Shown here one piece after another: positions 50,101 to 60,095 of a stretch of 64,000 nt of DNA (position 1 is its first letter; each line of letters opens with the position of its first letter). The notes below the pieces were generated by a model. The model did not search any database and was not told the DNA's origin. It saw only the letters and a program-made list of their open reading frames with translations. Origin of the DNA: a virus; IMG/VR virus record IMGVR_UViG_3300031456_000002, positions 1-64,000 of that record. One strand, 5' to 3'. A program made the translations under genes and the position numbers.

Positions 50101-51008
50101 TAACCGATAGTGGTGGCAATACGAGTTTAATAACAACTGACTCCATCATAACAAGCAATAATGTTCAATATTATAAGGGAGAAATAGGTTGCGGAAATCA
50201 GCCTACGGGAGTAATTGAAAGCGATTTTGTATTCTATGGCGTAGACCCAGTAAAGAATATAATTTGGAGACTATCGCTAGATGGCATTACTGATTTGACG
50301 GAATTATATAAAACAAAAACATGGGTATCTGCAAATTTGCCTAAGTATCTCGCCCCCGGAACTTACGCATTTGGTGGCAATCAAAAAGTTCTTGGAACGT
50401 ATCATCTAAGACCCGATAATATAGGAGAATATCTGATATTGGCGCAAGGCACAGCACTTGTTGCAGGAGAAACGCTTGCATTCGAAGAGAAATACAATTC
50501 ATTCACTAGTAAAGTAGATATTGATTGTGATTGTATAGTAAGTGCAGAGAATGTTTTGTATGCCTTTAAAAATGGAGCACTGTGGAAGCAAAGCATAGCC
50601 AATGCGTATGCGGTATTCTTTAATACTCAATATGCGGCAAGTATTACGTTGGTGTTTAACGATTCAGAGCCGGTTAAGAAGTTATTTAATGCGCTGGCAT
50701 ATCAATCGAATCAGACTTGGTTCGCAGGTACAAAGGGCGACGTAAAGACAAATACAGTAAACAGCCAAACGTTCTTACAGCAAGAGAGTTTGATCATGAA
50801 TCAGGATTTTGATGTGTTGGAGAATCCCAATCGTTTCGCGGCTTTTAATCGAAATCAAAATAGCAGTACAGATCCAATCCTAAGTTTGTGGGAGGGGGAA
50901 TACCTTTGCGGGAACTACATAATCGTTAAATTATCAATAACTTACAATGGATTCTCTTATTTATTTTCACCAGCGGTGACCTGGAAGCCAGACCCACGAA
51001 ACTTTTAA
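47109..51008 (+). CDS. tail nozzle/stabilization protein (P22 gp10/crAss muzzle-like)
   Basis: 1299-aa beta-rich protein. GTLNLDD N-terminus and a C-terminal propeller-like region (GCGNQP, VKKLFNAL). Confidence 0.7.
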   Translation: MPPEIKMLAGTLNLDDPLESLGKAFHRDGRNIEFDGTPPNRRCKIKPGNIAVPNVLLPAIGVNKTISERYDSLTKRIYFFNYNSGGKHGIYLYNTILGTFQRLVEVGINTIGDPLAFTAESYTNNDIINADSVQGDILYYLDSLGRPSKINVARALAAGYGSIQRSFLDVAKEPADIPPCVIYERDPANTVNNQRKKLFRYKVRWGFDDNDKSVTSSQSELPLPLDPFDQAVDADPTYNCRTAIVYQTGPSNVKKIELLAAVSMGNVFSDFFLIQSIDKSVSGIPDNDVATFLFYNDQAYNYIDVQESIQLFDYVPLAARAQTLLNGNVVSYANITEGYPNLTNFTFSSNTSNLSQSQILYYSGIYFTKLVASQGGQSGFGSGNIHIVIRGYVFSLSFSLDTYVVYMTDGTNISYTINTGDDAAAVIEGLRVDALSKGYTIISTNNNDLYVFKTGISLARARIISDYTYNSLGNNAYATDDWSSKHGYGLVYFDQKGRTNGVVYTSGFSVTSIAFNEADPFQPYIPKYLAMIYHQPPDWAYYVQWTRTKDLSKSKIQQWITDRTFKDTSAVSGLLKYAYVSIESLNAFVKANPGSPLGYGFSPGDRIKFMKRYNADGTTANLYGNTKDFEVVASLTNPTINGEIKSGQFIKFVLPTTDGSFDFGTTGFANYLIELYTPAQSVAGGLDVYFEFGERYAIGNPTASNRFHQGMMQNQTADYATPATYEFFKGDYYIKLRSIQTGNVYSFNILNGNMTAGRFLFGLTFVDSTYVDPGITAQSVAMANISGNTPSGGISPGSDTRWFLKSIPNNTFRIRGTISINFTTDVTGDVWRIFILNRFNERQYLVNNFSAGTAGVYTFTIDAITTLEDDRIFLIAEGGERPLNVLSNEITFSIDHVIAQKMIDQNFSDYFASAVNSNGRSFIYDQNANQVTYPVMYRWGLAYQTNTNINKTNRFYPTNFDEANRRHGAIMKMAQLGNELIFFMERKIGHTGVFQKFITDSGGNTSLITTDSIITSNNVQYYKGEIGCGNQPTGVIESDFVFYGVDPVKNIIWRLSLDGITDLTELYKTKTWVSANLPKYLAPGTYAFGGNQKVLGTYHLRPDNIGEYLILAQGTALVAGETLAFEEKYNSFTSKVDIDCDCIVSAENVLYAFKNGALWKQSIANAYAVFFNTQYAASITLVFNDSEPVKKLFNALAYQSNQTWFAGTKGDVKTNTVNSQTFLQQESLIMNQDFDVLENPNRFAAFNRNQNSSTDPILSLWEGEYLCGNYIIVKLSITYNGFSYLFSPAVTWKPDPRNF

Positions 51009-51011
51009 AAA

Positions 51012-51698
51012 ATGAAAAGAAATTATAATTACATCGAATACAACAAAGGACAAATTTTAGGAGAATGTATTTTTATTGAAGAAATAGAGACGAAAGTTAC
51101 AGGGAATCGAAAAAGACGATTTGCGGAGTTCTTATGTAATTGTGGGAATATATTTAATGCTGATATTTTAAATGTAAAAGGTAGACATACTAAAAATTGT
51201 GGTTGTGTCAGATTGAATAAATCCATACAAAGACTGACTACGCATGGACGAGCGCATACGCCTGAATATAATGCATGGTTGGCTATAATCGCAAGATGTT
51301 ACAATGAAAAAACTAAAGGTTACCATAATTACGGGGGACGTGGCATTGAGGTATGCGAAAGATGGCAATACTCATTTGAGAGTTTTTATGCCGATATGGG
51401 TAAGAGACCTTCGGCCCAGCATAGTATAGATCGTTATCCAGATAAAAATGGGAATTATGAACCAAGTAATTGCAGATGGGCGACCAAAAGGCAACAGGCA
51501 AACAATATAAGAGCTAATTTATTAATAGAATATAATGGAGAAACCAAAACATTAGCTGAATGGTGTTATGATTTGAATATCAATTACAAGTTAACGCATT
51601 GCAGAATTCATAAATTAAAATGGACTACCTATGAGGCATTTACTATTCCCGTAAGTAGAAATAGCAAGTATATTAGGATTATAAGAAAAGCATCATGA
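51012..51698 (+). CDS. HNH homing endonuclease
   Basis: CNCG, NCGC, YGGRGIEVCERW and SIDRYPDKNGNYEPSNCRWAT. Confidence 0.9.
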   Translation: MKRNYNYIEYNKGQILGECIFIEEIETKVTGNRKRRFAEFLCNCGNIFNADILNVKGRHTKNCGCVRLNKSIQRLTTHGRAHTPEYNAWLAIIARCYNEKTKGYHNYGGRGIEVCERWQYSFESFYADMGKRPSAQHSIDRYPDKNGNYEPSNCRWATKRQQANNIRANLLIEYNGETKTLAEWCYDLNINYKLTHCRIHKLKWTTYEAFTIPVSRNSKYIRIIRKAS

Positions 51699-52108
51699 CG
51701 TATAATAACATATATGAGTATTTTAAAGAGGATCGGCAGCTATTAAGATATTTTGACCCTTTGAGTACAGCGGTAAATAATGAACAAGCGGCATTGGAAA
51801 TATATCATAAATTAGTAGAATATAGTAAGGATTATAAGTGTAGATTCATTAGGCTGGAACATGGGTATATATTTTATGCAAAACCAAAATGGTTCTTTCA
51901 AAAAAGGATACTCGTTAGTTTCTGTTTGAAGTCGGAATATCGAAAATACCCATATGTTGCGGAATTTTGGGGTTTGATAAGGTATTATGTGGGAAATCAT
52001 TTTACATGTTGTCTATTTAATAGGAATAAACGGGGGATGAATTTCTTGGTTAAGGGTGGGATGAAAATCAAAAAGGCAAACGAATTAATCACATTATTAA
52101 GTATCTAA
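51695..52108 (+). CDS. GNAT-like protein preceding the ejection proteins
   Basis: SFCLKSEYR...NKRGMNFLVKGGMK resembles an acetyltransferase C-terminus; the position is typical for podoviruses. Confidence 0.5.
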   Translation: MTYNNIYEYFKEDRQLLRYFDPLSTAVNNEQAALEIYHKLVEYSKDYKCRFIRLEHGYIFYAKPKWFFQKRILVSFCLKSEYRKYPYVAEFWGLIRYYVGNHFTCCLFNRNKRGMNFLVKGGMKIKKANELITLLSI

Positions 52109-52109
52109 T

Positions 52110-52718
52110 ATGCCAGTATCAAGTTTGTTAATGTCTTCTTTGGCAAGTAGTGGCGGCGGCGGTGGCCAGGGTGCAGGGATTGCAAATATGGCCGGGGGAT
52201 TGGTTAGTGGGATAACCGGATTTTTCCAAAGAAGGAAAGCTAAAAAAGAATTGGCTAAACTGAAGCGTCCGGAATACGAAATCCCACAAGAGATATTACG
52301 TACTCAGAAAATGGCCGAACAAGATGCAGCAGAAGGGTTGCCGTCACAGCAATATAACCAGGCGCAGCAAGGAATCCAGCGACAACAGAATAGGGCGATT
52401 TCAATGGCCGCTGATAGGCGTGGTGGATTGATGGCTCTTCCGACAATACAACAAACGGGAACGGATGCTCAATTGAATTTGGATGTAAAAGATGCTGAGG
52501 CGAGAAGGACTAACAAGCAACGACTATACGGCATAATGGGACAGACAGCCGGCTACAGGGATAAAGCATTTGAGGTTAATAAAATGCAACCATATCAAGA
52601 GGATAAAAATTATTACATGGGCCTATTGGGTGCGGGAGACAAAAATCTAACCGGTGGTGCAGAGAAATTTCTTGGAGGGGCATTAAGTATGGGCCAACAA
52701 AGAGGGGGGTACGCTTAA
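52110..52718 (+). CDS. internal virion (ejection) protein
   Basis: Gly/Ala hydrophobic N-terminus and Q/A-rich helices. Confidence 0.6.
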   Translation: MPVSSLLMSSLASSGGGGGQGAGIANMAGGLVSGITGFFQRRKAKKELAKLKRPEYEIPQEILRTQKMAEQDAAEGLPSQQYNQAQQGIQRQQNRAISMAADRRGGLMALPTIQQTGTDAQLNLDVKDAEARRTNKQRLYGIMGQTAGYRDKAFEVNKMQPYQEDKNYYMGLLGAGDKNLTGGAEKFLGGALSMGQQRGGYA

Positions 52719-54262
52719 TGGCAAAAGGATACTCACAGCCATACGGCGATGCCTTTATAGTGGAGACACCAACACTTGATGCATTAAGTAAGCAATTATA
52801 TGCCGAACAGAAGCAAAGGCAAATGATCCAATATCAGGAGAATAAGGCATTAGATGAAGGTATGCGGAAGGAATTTGCCAATGTTCGGTCGGTTGATACC
52901 CCAGAAGTGGTAAACGCCTATAATCAATACAAGACGATAAAGAAACAATTGTACTTCGATAAGAAACTACAAAAAGACCCAATTGCATTTAATAAACGCC
53001 AGCAAGAGGCGAATGCTGCATTACAGAAAACGTATGAGATAATAAATGGCAGTAGCGAGATAAAGGAATTGGGGAAAACTCTTTTGCAAGAGAGGTTTAA
53101 AAACCCAGACGATATGACTGAAGATTCTGGCCAAAGAATAGGTACATTAATGAATACCCCATATAGTCAGGTAAAAAGTCATCCTCAATATGGAGATTTG
53201 ACCAATATGGATTCTTATAAAGATCAAGGACCAAATTATGATTTCGGGGAGGCGCTTCATAAGGCAGCAGGAACACCAAAAGAAATATTGGGCAAATCAA
53301 TACCAATAGATAAAGGGCTTCAAACTCAAACATCCGTCTATCAATTTGGAAATACGCCGGCCCAAGTGTATGATTATTTATTGAACACCACGGCAGTAAA
53401 TAAAGCAGGACGCAGTGCAGCCAAGCTATGGAATAAATTGCCGGTATCGCAAATCCAGTCTACAATTGAAAAATACAAGCAAATCCCACAAGAAAAATGG
53501 GAGCGCATGGGAATAGACAAACCACAAGATTTAGGCAATTTCTCAGATAACAAAGCTGATAATTATGCGAAATATCTAGCAATGAATTATGCCATTAATT
53601 CAGAACCAAAAGAAGGGAAGCCGATTATAAAGGACAACAAATCGGCAGTAATGGCGGCTCAGGAAGCTAAAGACAGGAGAATGGCAGCCCTTAATCATAG
53701 GTATAGTGAATCTGATATAAGACTGAGAGATGCATTGAAAAATAAAGGTGAAGATGAGCAGAATGATATTATTGATGAAAAGTATGCCGAAGTAAAACAA
53801 GATGCACTAAAAAATCCATTACAATATAAGCCAGCAAAGGGTAGCTCCTATAGCCAATATAGCATTAAGGTAACACAGCCCATGAGAAATATGTTTGGGG
53901 TTCAAGATTCAAATGGAAAATGGATTTATCCCGATGATGTAAGATATTCCACGGACTTAAAATATGTGGTGCCAGTATTCTACCAACACTATGTTGAAAC
54001 AGATAAAAATGGGAAAGCCACAAACAAAAGATTGCCCCAGCCAATATTAGATGCAAAAGGGAATGCGGAAGTTGATCCTACTTTAAGCAAACCAATACTA
54101 GAAAGTGAATTTAAAGAGCGATGGAAAAAGGAATTACTTGGTGTTCAGGGATATAATAAATCATTAAAAGGAAAGAAAGCGCCAGGATCATCCAAGCCAA
54201 AGCAGGTAATTCAAAATGGGCATACATATACACTCAATGAAGCAACAGGCCAATACGAATGA
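52718..54262 (+). CDS. internal virion (ejection) protein
   Basis: 514-aa helical protein in the ejection-gene position. Confidence 0.55.
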   Translation: MAKGYSQPYGDAFIVETPTLDALSKQLYAEQKQRQMIQYQENKALDEGMRKEFANVRSVDTPEVVNAYNQYKTIKKQLYFDKKLQKDPIAFNKRQQEANAALQKTYEIINGSSEIKELGKTLLQERFKNPDDMTEDSGQRIGTLMNTPYSQVKSHPQYGDLTNMDSYKDQGPNYDFGEALHKAAGTPKEILGKSIPIDKGLQTQTSVYQFGNTPAQVYDYLLNTTAVNKAGRSAAKLWNKLPVSQIQSTIEKYKQIPQEKWERMGIDKPQDLGNFSDNKADNYAKYLAMNYAINSEPKEGKPIIKDNKSAVMAAQEAKDRRMAALNHRYSESDIRLRDALKNKGEDEQNDIIDEKYAEVKQDALKNPLQYKPAKGSSYSQYSIKVTQPMRNMFGVQDSNGKWIYPDDVRYSTDLKYVVPVFYQHYVETDKNGKATNKRLPQPILDAKGNAEVDPTLSKPILESEFKERWKKELLGVQGYNKSLKGKKAPGSSKPKQVIQNGHTYTLNEATGQYE

Positions 54263-57200
54263 GTACTAAAACATTCCCATCAACAGGCTCAAAGCCTAAA
54301 TTTGATCCCAATGTTTCATATGAAGCAGTTGAGCAAGAGCCTGTGCCCAAAGGAAAGAAACCGGCTTTTAATCCCAATGCTAAATTCGAAGCAGTTACTA
54401 TGGAAGTGCCGCCTGAACAACCGAAGTCAGCGCCACAACAGCCAGCATTTAAGCCAATGACCGATTGGTTAAATATCCCACAACAAGAGCATCAGCCAAT
54501 GGCAGTAGAGAATGCTGTTCCTATCGATGACCATACCATAAAGACTAGTCAAGCAAGTCAAAGAGTGCAAAATCACTTAGGCGATATTGATAATAGCATT
54601 CACAACCTGATTTACGATAAGAAAAAAGACGTAAAAGGAAGATTAGTTAGTCAGCAACTGGGATTAAATCCGTCTGAATCAGGGCCAATTAATCCACAGG
54701 CGCAGCAGTTGGAAAGCAAATTAAGGCAAGATATTCCAGTAGCGCCACAAGAGGTAGAAGAATTTAAAGTTGGCATGAATGAAAATCCTGTTATGCTTCG
54801 CCAGGGATTAGCACAAAAAGCCAAGGATTTGACTAAGGTGAATCCGACAGAGGCGAGTAAGTTAAAGGGGGATATTTACAGATTAGACCGGCAAGCAAAT
54901 CCAGAAAAAGAACAAAATATTTCTCAAAACATAGATAAAATTAACAGCGGCGAATATGACTATGACATAGTGAATGGTCGGTTAATTAAACCATTGGGAT
55001 TTTTTGGAAGTGTGGCAAATGCTTTTAAAGAAAAGGGGAAAGCATATGATGACTATGATGTTTATCAGTCCGGAGATGAGAAAAAAATAATGGACAGGAT
55101 CAGGCAGCGATTAAATGATGATCCAGACAAAGCCACTCCTATTCCTATCGGTGAATTGGGAGAGGCTGGGGCGATGCTAGGCGGCCAGCCATTAAAGCCA
55201 TTGATAGGGGGCGCTATTGCGGGAGTATTTACCGAGGGGTTGGGAGCGCCAGCAGCGGCAGCGGCTATATCTGCCCCTGAAATGTATAAATTAACATTCG
55301 GAAGTGCATTGCCGGGTAATTATGCGGCACTCAAAAAGCAAAACCCAGAATTGCCAGATAGTGAAGTTCTACAAAAGGCTATTGATTTAACTGACAAGCA
55401 AGCAAATACGGATGCATTAAGCGGGGCTGCTATGGGCGCAATAGGCGCTAAGGCTGCATTAAAGCCGGCAGCATCTGCATTATTGCAGAAGTCGGTGAAA
55501 AGCGCATTGAAGCAAATAGGGGAAACGGTAGCGATTGAGGGAATTGGTGGCGGTGCAATTGGAGCCGGAGGTCAATTAGTCAAAAACTTGATGGCACAAA
55601 AAGCCGGGATTCCAGTTGACGAAAGCGAAGGGATGGCGCAGCAATTGGTGGGTGGGGCTTTTATGACACTGGGGGTAGCGGTTGCCGGTAGGATGGGGGC
55701 TTTATTGAAACCATCCACGTATAATAAGCTGCTTCATGGATTATCAAAACTTCCAGAAGAAGCAATTTCAAGCGAATTAGCAAAGGCGCAGGAGGTGGGC
55801 GCATTAACACCAGAGCAAGCACAAAAAGTACAGAACGATATATCTGAACAGAAAAAGATCGATGCCTCTATTCGTGGCGATGTGCCTGAATCAGATAGGG
55901 TAAAAATAGCAGAAAAGATAAAGGAGACGGCAGCCTTGGATAAGGAATTGGAAACAGCCCATAAGGCATATCATCCTGAAATAAAAGAACAAATAAAAAA
56001 GCTGGATGAAGATATTGTAAATACATCTAAGGGATCAGAACGTGGTGAATTACAGAAGTTGGTAGATAGAGAGCACAAGTCAGGCAAGATCGAAGGCTTT
56101 GTAACGGAAGCATTAAGGGATGCAACCGAAAAAGAGCTTCAAGGTTATTTTAAAGAGATATCAGAACAGGCGCATGATCCTAATTCAGAAGCTATAACTA
56201 TCGCAACGTTTGGAGAAGATATAGTAAATAAGGCAAAAGAGCTATATCCGCAAGAAGTTCCAAAAGAATCAAAAATATCAGTAATTCAACCTGGAGAAAT
56301 AAAACATCCTGAAACTATAACTATAAAACCACAAGAGAATGAGTCCCTTCGCGAGCGAATCCCAGAGGCGGCTGCTATGGATGAAACATCCGGAAGTAGC
56401 CCGGAAATGGGCCAACGAGTACCCGAACCAGGGGAAGCTACCAATGCACAAGAAGGACAGCGACCACCCCAAGAAGAAAGTGCGCCTGGTGGTCAAGAAG
56501 GGATAGGAGGCGGTAAAGGTGGCCCTCCTGCTGGGAAAGTAGTAAATATGGCAGATTATGGAGAGGGAGGAAAGGAGCTAGATAAACTTGCCAATAATAT
56601 TCCAGATAGCGGGAAGGTGGCAGAATACATGAGTAAGGAAACAATTGAAAAATATACGGGAGAAACACCCGCTAATGATCAATCAAGAGGGGTTCAGGAA
56701 TTAGAAATAGCCCTTAATCATGGAGAAAAAATTATCGAAAAAGCAAAACAGATTTTTGGGAAAGATTATGCCGAAAAGACTATCGAATACATAGATAATA
56801 GCACAGCCGGAGTTTCCAATAAAGCTCTTATGTATGTGAGTTTGGAAAACGCATTAGGTAGAGAGAAATTAGAGAACCCGACGAGGGCCGCAGAAATCAC
56901 TAAGCAACAAGCATTGGTATATGCAAAATCGCAAGCATTTGCTAGGGAAAATTCACTTGCATTAAATTATCAAAAGCTAAGAAGGATTGCCAAAGTAGGG
57001 TATGATATTGACAAGGTTACTGAAAGCTTCTTTTCTCCTGAAGAAAGAGAGGGGCGAAAAAATATAAGTAAAGCAATAGAGGCTGACCCGGATATGATTA
57101 ATAAGCAAGCAGAAGCAGTTGAAACTGGCAAAATTGCGCCTGATGTAGAAAAAGCCATTAAGGAAGGAGTTGCAAAAGAGATAGAAAATATATATAACAA

Positions 57201-60075
57201 ACTGCCAAAAGAAAAGAAAACGATAGCAGATAAGGCTATTGCCGCGCTTGATAAAATTCACGATAAATTAAGAGGGAAAACGTATGAGTCAACATTAGGG
57301 ATTCCAATAGCCATCATTGATGGCGGCGTTCTTACTATCAGAAATGCTATTAAAGCGGGAGTTAAGATTGCGGATGCGGTCGAAATGGGGATTGCTAAAA
57401 TAAAAGAAAAATACAAAGATTGGGCTAAAGAAGATGAATTTAGAAAAGATGTAATTAGTGGACTAAGAGAGCAGGGAATTGAAGATACCCCTATAGCTAA
57501 AACGAGACAAGAAAGATTAGCCGAGGCAGAGGGGAGTTTACAAAAAAGGATAGATGCTATTCGAGAAGAAATAATAACAGGAGAGAGAGAGGCTAAGAAT
57601 AAAAGGGATAAACTACAAAGCAAGAAACTAGATCAGCTTAAGGAGCAGAAAAAAACACTAGAAGCATTCAGAGATAAATACCTGCCAAAGGGCGATGATC
57701 CTTATACAAATGAAAAAACGGCTAAAACAATCGAAACAAAACTTATAAATGAAAATATCGAGTTAAACAGACAGATAGCAAAAGGCGAAAAGGACAGAGT
57801 AGAAAACAAGGTTACCATAGAAAGCGAATCGATTGATAAATTAAAAGCAGAGCGAGATGTAAGGAAAGAAATCCTAGAAGTGCTTGATCCTACCCCTAAA
57901 GACTATGTGAAAAACGCATTAATTCAACAAGGGCTTGGTAGAGAGAAAGTTATAAAGGGGGAAAAGAAACAAATACTAGATTGGAAAAAATTGGCAGGGG
58001 CTGCCGGAACTGTTTCTAAGATAAGCGAAAATGTCGGTAAGGTATTAGAAAGTGATGGTTTTAGTGAATCACAATTAGAGAGGATAAAAGATTCATTTAT
58101 CCAAGAGTATGTGGACTTACGGGCTTCTGTTATCGAAAAAGCTCAAAATGAATTGGCTAAGAGAAATAAAGAAACAGTTACGCAAGAGCAAAAATCGGCT
58201 GCTAAAAAGTTAGCGGAACTATATACTTATGGGCTGTTCGATTCTCAGCCAGATGTATTTGAAAATATTCTTAATAAGGCACTTGGTTCCAAAGTAAGCG
58301 AAAAGGGGTTCAATGAAGCGAGAGAAATAGCAAAAGGGATGGAAACATTATATTCCAGTTCGTTTCAGGGAGTTAAACTAAATGATATATCTGCGAAAGC
58401 TGCGATTGAACAACTGGAAAACAAGATGCGGCTCTTATTGGTTAGAGAAACGAAGGGACAGGGTAATTATAATTTCAGGGCAGCAAATATAGTTAGGAAC
58501 TATTTTGATTTACAGCAAACTATGGTTCTTAATAACTTGAAACAAGCGGTGGAAAATCCATTATCTGGATTTCAGCAGGAATTAATTGAAAAAATAGGAG
58601 GAATGATTGGTAAAGAAAGGATAGGGACTCCGGAAATGGGAGCACAGCGGAGGGCATTAATGAAGGATATTTATAAAGACATGGTATTAAATGGTTCCAT
58701 AGGATACGGAAAGACGGAGACGGCATTCGTAAATAGAACGCATGTTGATGATCATATTAATAAATTATCAGACGGCAAATTGTATCATGGTGTTATGTCT
58801 GTTTTAAGTGGCAAAGCAACACTGAATGCTGCCGATGCTATGTATAAGGCATCAATTACTGAAAAGAAATTTGCAACAAATCTGATAAAAATACTAACGA
58901 ATGAAACTAATCCTAACCGGATGAGTCCGGGGGACGCAATTAATTTTGTGTCCGAAAAATTGACAGGCCAAACATTAAAAGATGCTAAAGTATCCGCACG
59001 CGAAATAATAGAAAAAATAAATAAAGACGCAGGAAGGGAATTGATACCTACAACGCCAGAGTCAATAAATCGTTTCGCAAATGATATTGTGAAATCGGCA
59101 TTGGAAATGGGGAATCAAATAACGACAGAACAAATTACTGCCGCATACAATGCGGCATACAAGGCGGCTGGATTGGGACTAGGACATGAGGCTAACAATA
59201 TTCTTTCTTCTACGGTTTCTGGATATACCGCTAAGCTGGAATCAAGAATTAATGATGCCATTAAGGATAAAGAATGGAATAGAGCGGCTGTGCTTACGGC
59301 TCAGTCAATCTTATTCAGGAATGTATTAAATCCGTTCGTTGGAGGGGGTACTAATTGGCTAGTGCTGAAGTTCGAAAAAACTGGGCTGGGATTAGTAACT
59401 GGGTTGGGGTATAAAATTGGCTCAAATACTAAGATTGATTTAAGCACAGAGGTGGGCATGAAAACGCTTGAAAAAAGATTATACAACCAGGCAAGAGTAA
59501 AGGATAATTACATGAGAGGTCTGGTGGGGGGCGCTGCTTCAGCTTTAACTTATTTGGCTTTTACTGGGCTGGCTAATACCGACGAATATCGCAAATGGAG
59601 AGGTAGAAACGCTTGGGCTGCAAGATATTTAGACATAATCACCCCGGAAATGTTGCTTATTCAAATGGCGGTAGAAAACAAAGCAGTTAAGAAGTACATA
59701 AGTGGCACTTTAAATAGAAATGAATCTTTTGATGCTACCGCAAAATTAATCAAGGCAGGCGAGTATGCGGTAAAAGGAGATAATGATATGGCCATGGGCG
59801 CAATAGGCGAAGCGCTGGGGGCTAAGTTGAATATCCCATTGCCTTGGCGATTAGTGAAGGACGGTCAAGTTATTTATCAGGGGATCAAAGGGCAAGACCC
59901 ATATCATGGGAATTATGCGCCATCGATTGGATTTTTAAACGGAGTGTTTCAGGGCGGCGCTATCGAATGGGTAGGACTTCGCCCCGAGGCTAATGAATCT
60001 AATGGCGCATCTGGATCAAGTGGCAAACCAGGAAAGCCCGGTAAACCATCAAAACCAGGAAAGCCGACTAAATAA
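54259..60075 (+). CDS. large internal virion (ejection) protein
   Basis: 1938 aa, helical, with Gly/Ala transmembrane-like segments and N-terminal KPxF(D/N)PN repeats. Confidence 0.65.
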   Translation: MSTKTFPSTGSKPKFDPNVSYEAVEQEPVPKGKKPAFNPNAKFEAVTMEVPPEQPKSAPQQPAFKPMTDWLNIPQQEHQPMAVENAVPIDDHTIKTSQASQRVQNHLGDIDNSIHNLIYDKKKDVKGRLVSQQLGLNPSESGPINPQAQQLESKLRQDIPVAPQEVEEFKVGMNENPVMLRQGLAQKAKDLTKVNPTEASKLKGDIYRLDRQANPEKEQNISQNIDKINSGEYDYDIVNGRLIKPLGFFGSVANAFKEKGKAYDDYDVYQSGDEKKIMDRIRQRLNDDPDKATPIPIGELGEAGAMLGGQPLKPLIGGAIAGVFTEGLGAPAAAAAISAPEMYKLTFGSALPGNYAALKKQNPELPDSEVLQKAIDLTDKQANTDALSGAAMGAIGAKAALKPAASALLQKSVKSALKQIGETVAIEGIGGGAIGAGGQLVKNLMAQKAGIPVDESEGMAQQLVGGAFMTLGVAVAGRMGALLKPSTYNKLLHGLSKLPEEAISSELAKAQEVGALTPEQAQKVQNDISEQKKIDASIRGDVPESDRVKIAEKIKETAALDKELETAHKAYHPEIKEQIKKLDEDIVNTSKGSERGELQKLVDREHKSGKIEGFVTEALRDATEKELQGYFKEISEQAHDPNSEAITIATFGEDIVNKAKELYPQEVPKESKISVIQPGEIKHPETITIKPQENESLRERIPEAAAMDETSGSSPEMGQRVPEPGEATNAQEGQRPPQEESAPGGQEGIGGGKGGPPAGKVVNMADYGEGGKELDKLANNIPDSGKVAEYMSKETIEKYTGETPANDQSRGVQELEIALNHGEKIIEKAKQIFGKDYAEKTIEYIDNSTAGVSNKALMYVSLENALGREKLENPTRAAEITKQQALVYAKSQAFARENSLALNYQKLRRIAKVGYDIDKVTESFFSPEEREGRKNISKAIEADPDMINKQAEAVETGKIAPDVEKAIKEGVAKEIENIYNKLPKEKKTIADKAIAALDKIHDKLRGKTYESTLGIPIAIIDGGVLTIRNAIKAGVKIADAVEMGIAKIKEKYKDWAKEDEFRKDVISGLREQGIEDTPIAKTRQERLAEAEGSLQKRIDAIREEIITGEREAKNKRDKLQSKKLDQLKEQKKTLEAFRDKYLPKGDDPYTNEKTAKTIETKLINENIELNRQIAKGEKDRVENKVTIESESIDKLKAERDVRKEILEVLDPTPKDYVKNALIQQGLGREKVIKGEKKQILDWKKLAGAAGTVSKISENVGKVLESDGFSESQLERIKDSFIQEYVDLRASVIEKAQNELAKRNKETVTQEQKSAAKKLAELYTYGLFDSQPDVFENILNKALGSKVSEKGFNEAREIAKGMETLYSSSFQGVKLNDISAKAAIEQLENKMRLLLVRETKGQGNYNFRAANIVRNYFDLQQTMVLNNLKQAVENPLSGFQQELIEKIGGMIGKERIGTPEMGAQRRALMKDIYKDMVLNGSIGYGKTETAFVNRTHVDDHINKLSDGKLYHGVMSVLSGKATLNAADAMYKASITEKKFATNLIKILTNETNPNRMSPGDAINFVSEKLTGQTLKDAKVSAREIIEKINKDAGRELIPTTPESINRFANDIVKSALEMGNQITTEQITAAYNAAYKAAGLGLGHEANNILSSTVSGYTAKLESRINDAIKDKEWNRAAVLTAQSILFRNVLNPFVGGGTNWLVLKFEKTGLGLVTGLGYKIGSNTKIDLSTEVGMKTLEKRLYNQARVKDNYMRGLVGGAASALTYLAFTGLANTDEYRKWRGRNAWAARYLDIITPEMLLIQMAVENKAVKKYISGTLNRNESFDATAKLIKAGEYAVKGDNDMAMGAIGEALGAKLNIPLPWRLVKDGQVIYQGIKGQDPYHGNYAPSIGFLNGVFQGGAIEWVGLRPEANESNGASGSSGKPGKPGKPSKPGKPTK

Positions 60076-60095
60076 CACATCTAAAATATTGAATA

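Noticed and set aside
42310-51700. Group I introns or inteins housing the endonucleases
   Set aside because: Flanking genes look complete with their own starts and stops, and I recognised no intron core or intein motifs.
32649-59486. Many minus-strand ORFs of 60-120 aa inside large plus-strand genes
   Set aside because: They are antisense shadows of real coding sequence with no recognisable motifs.
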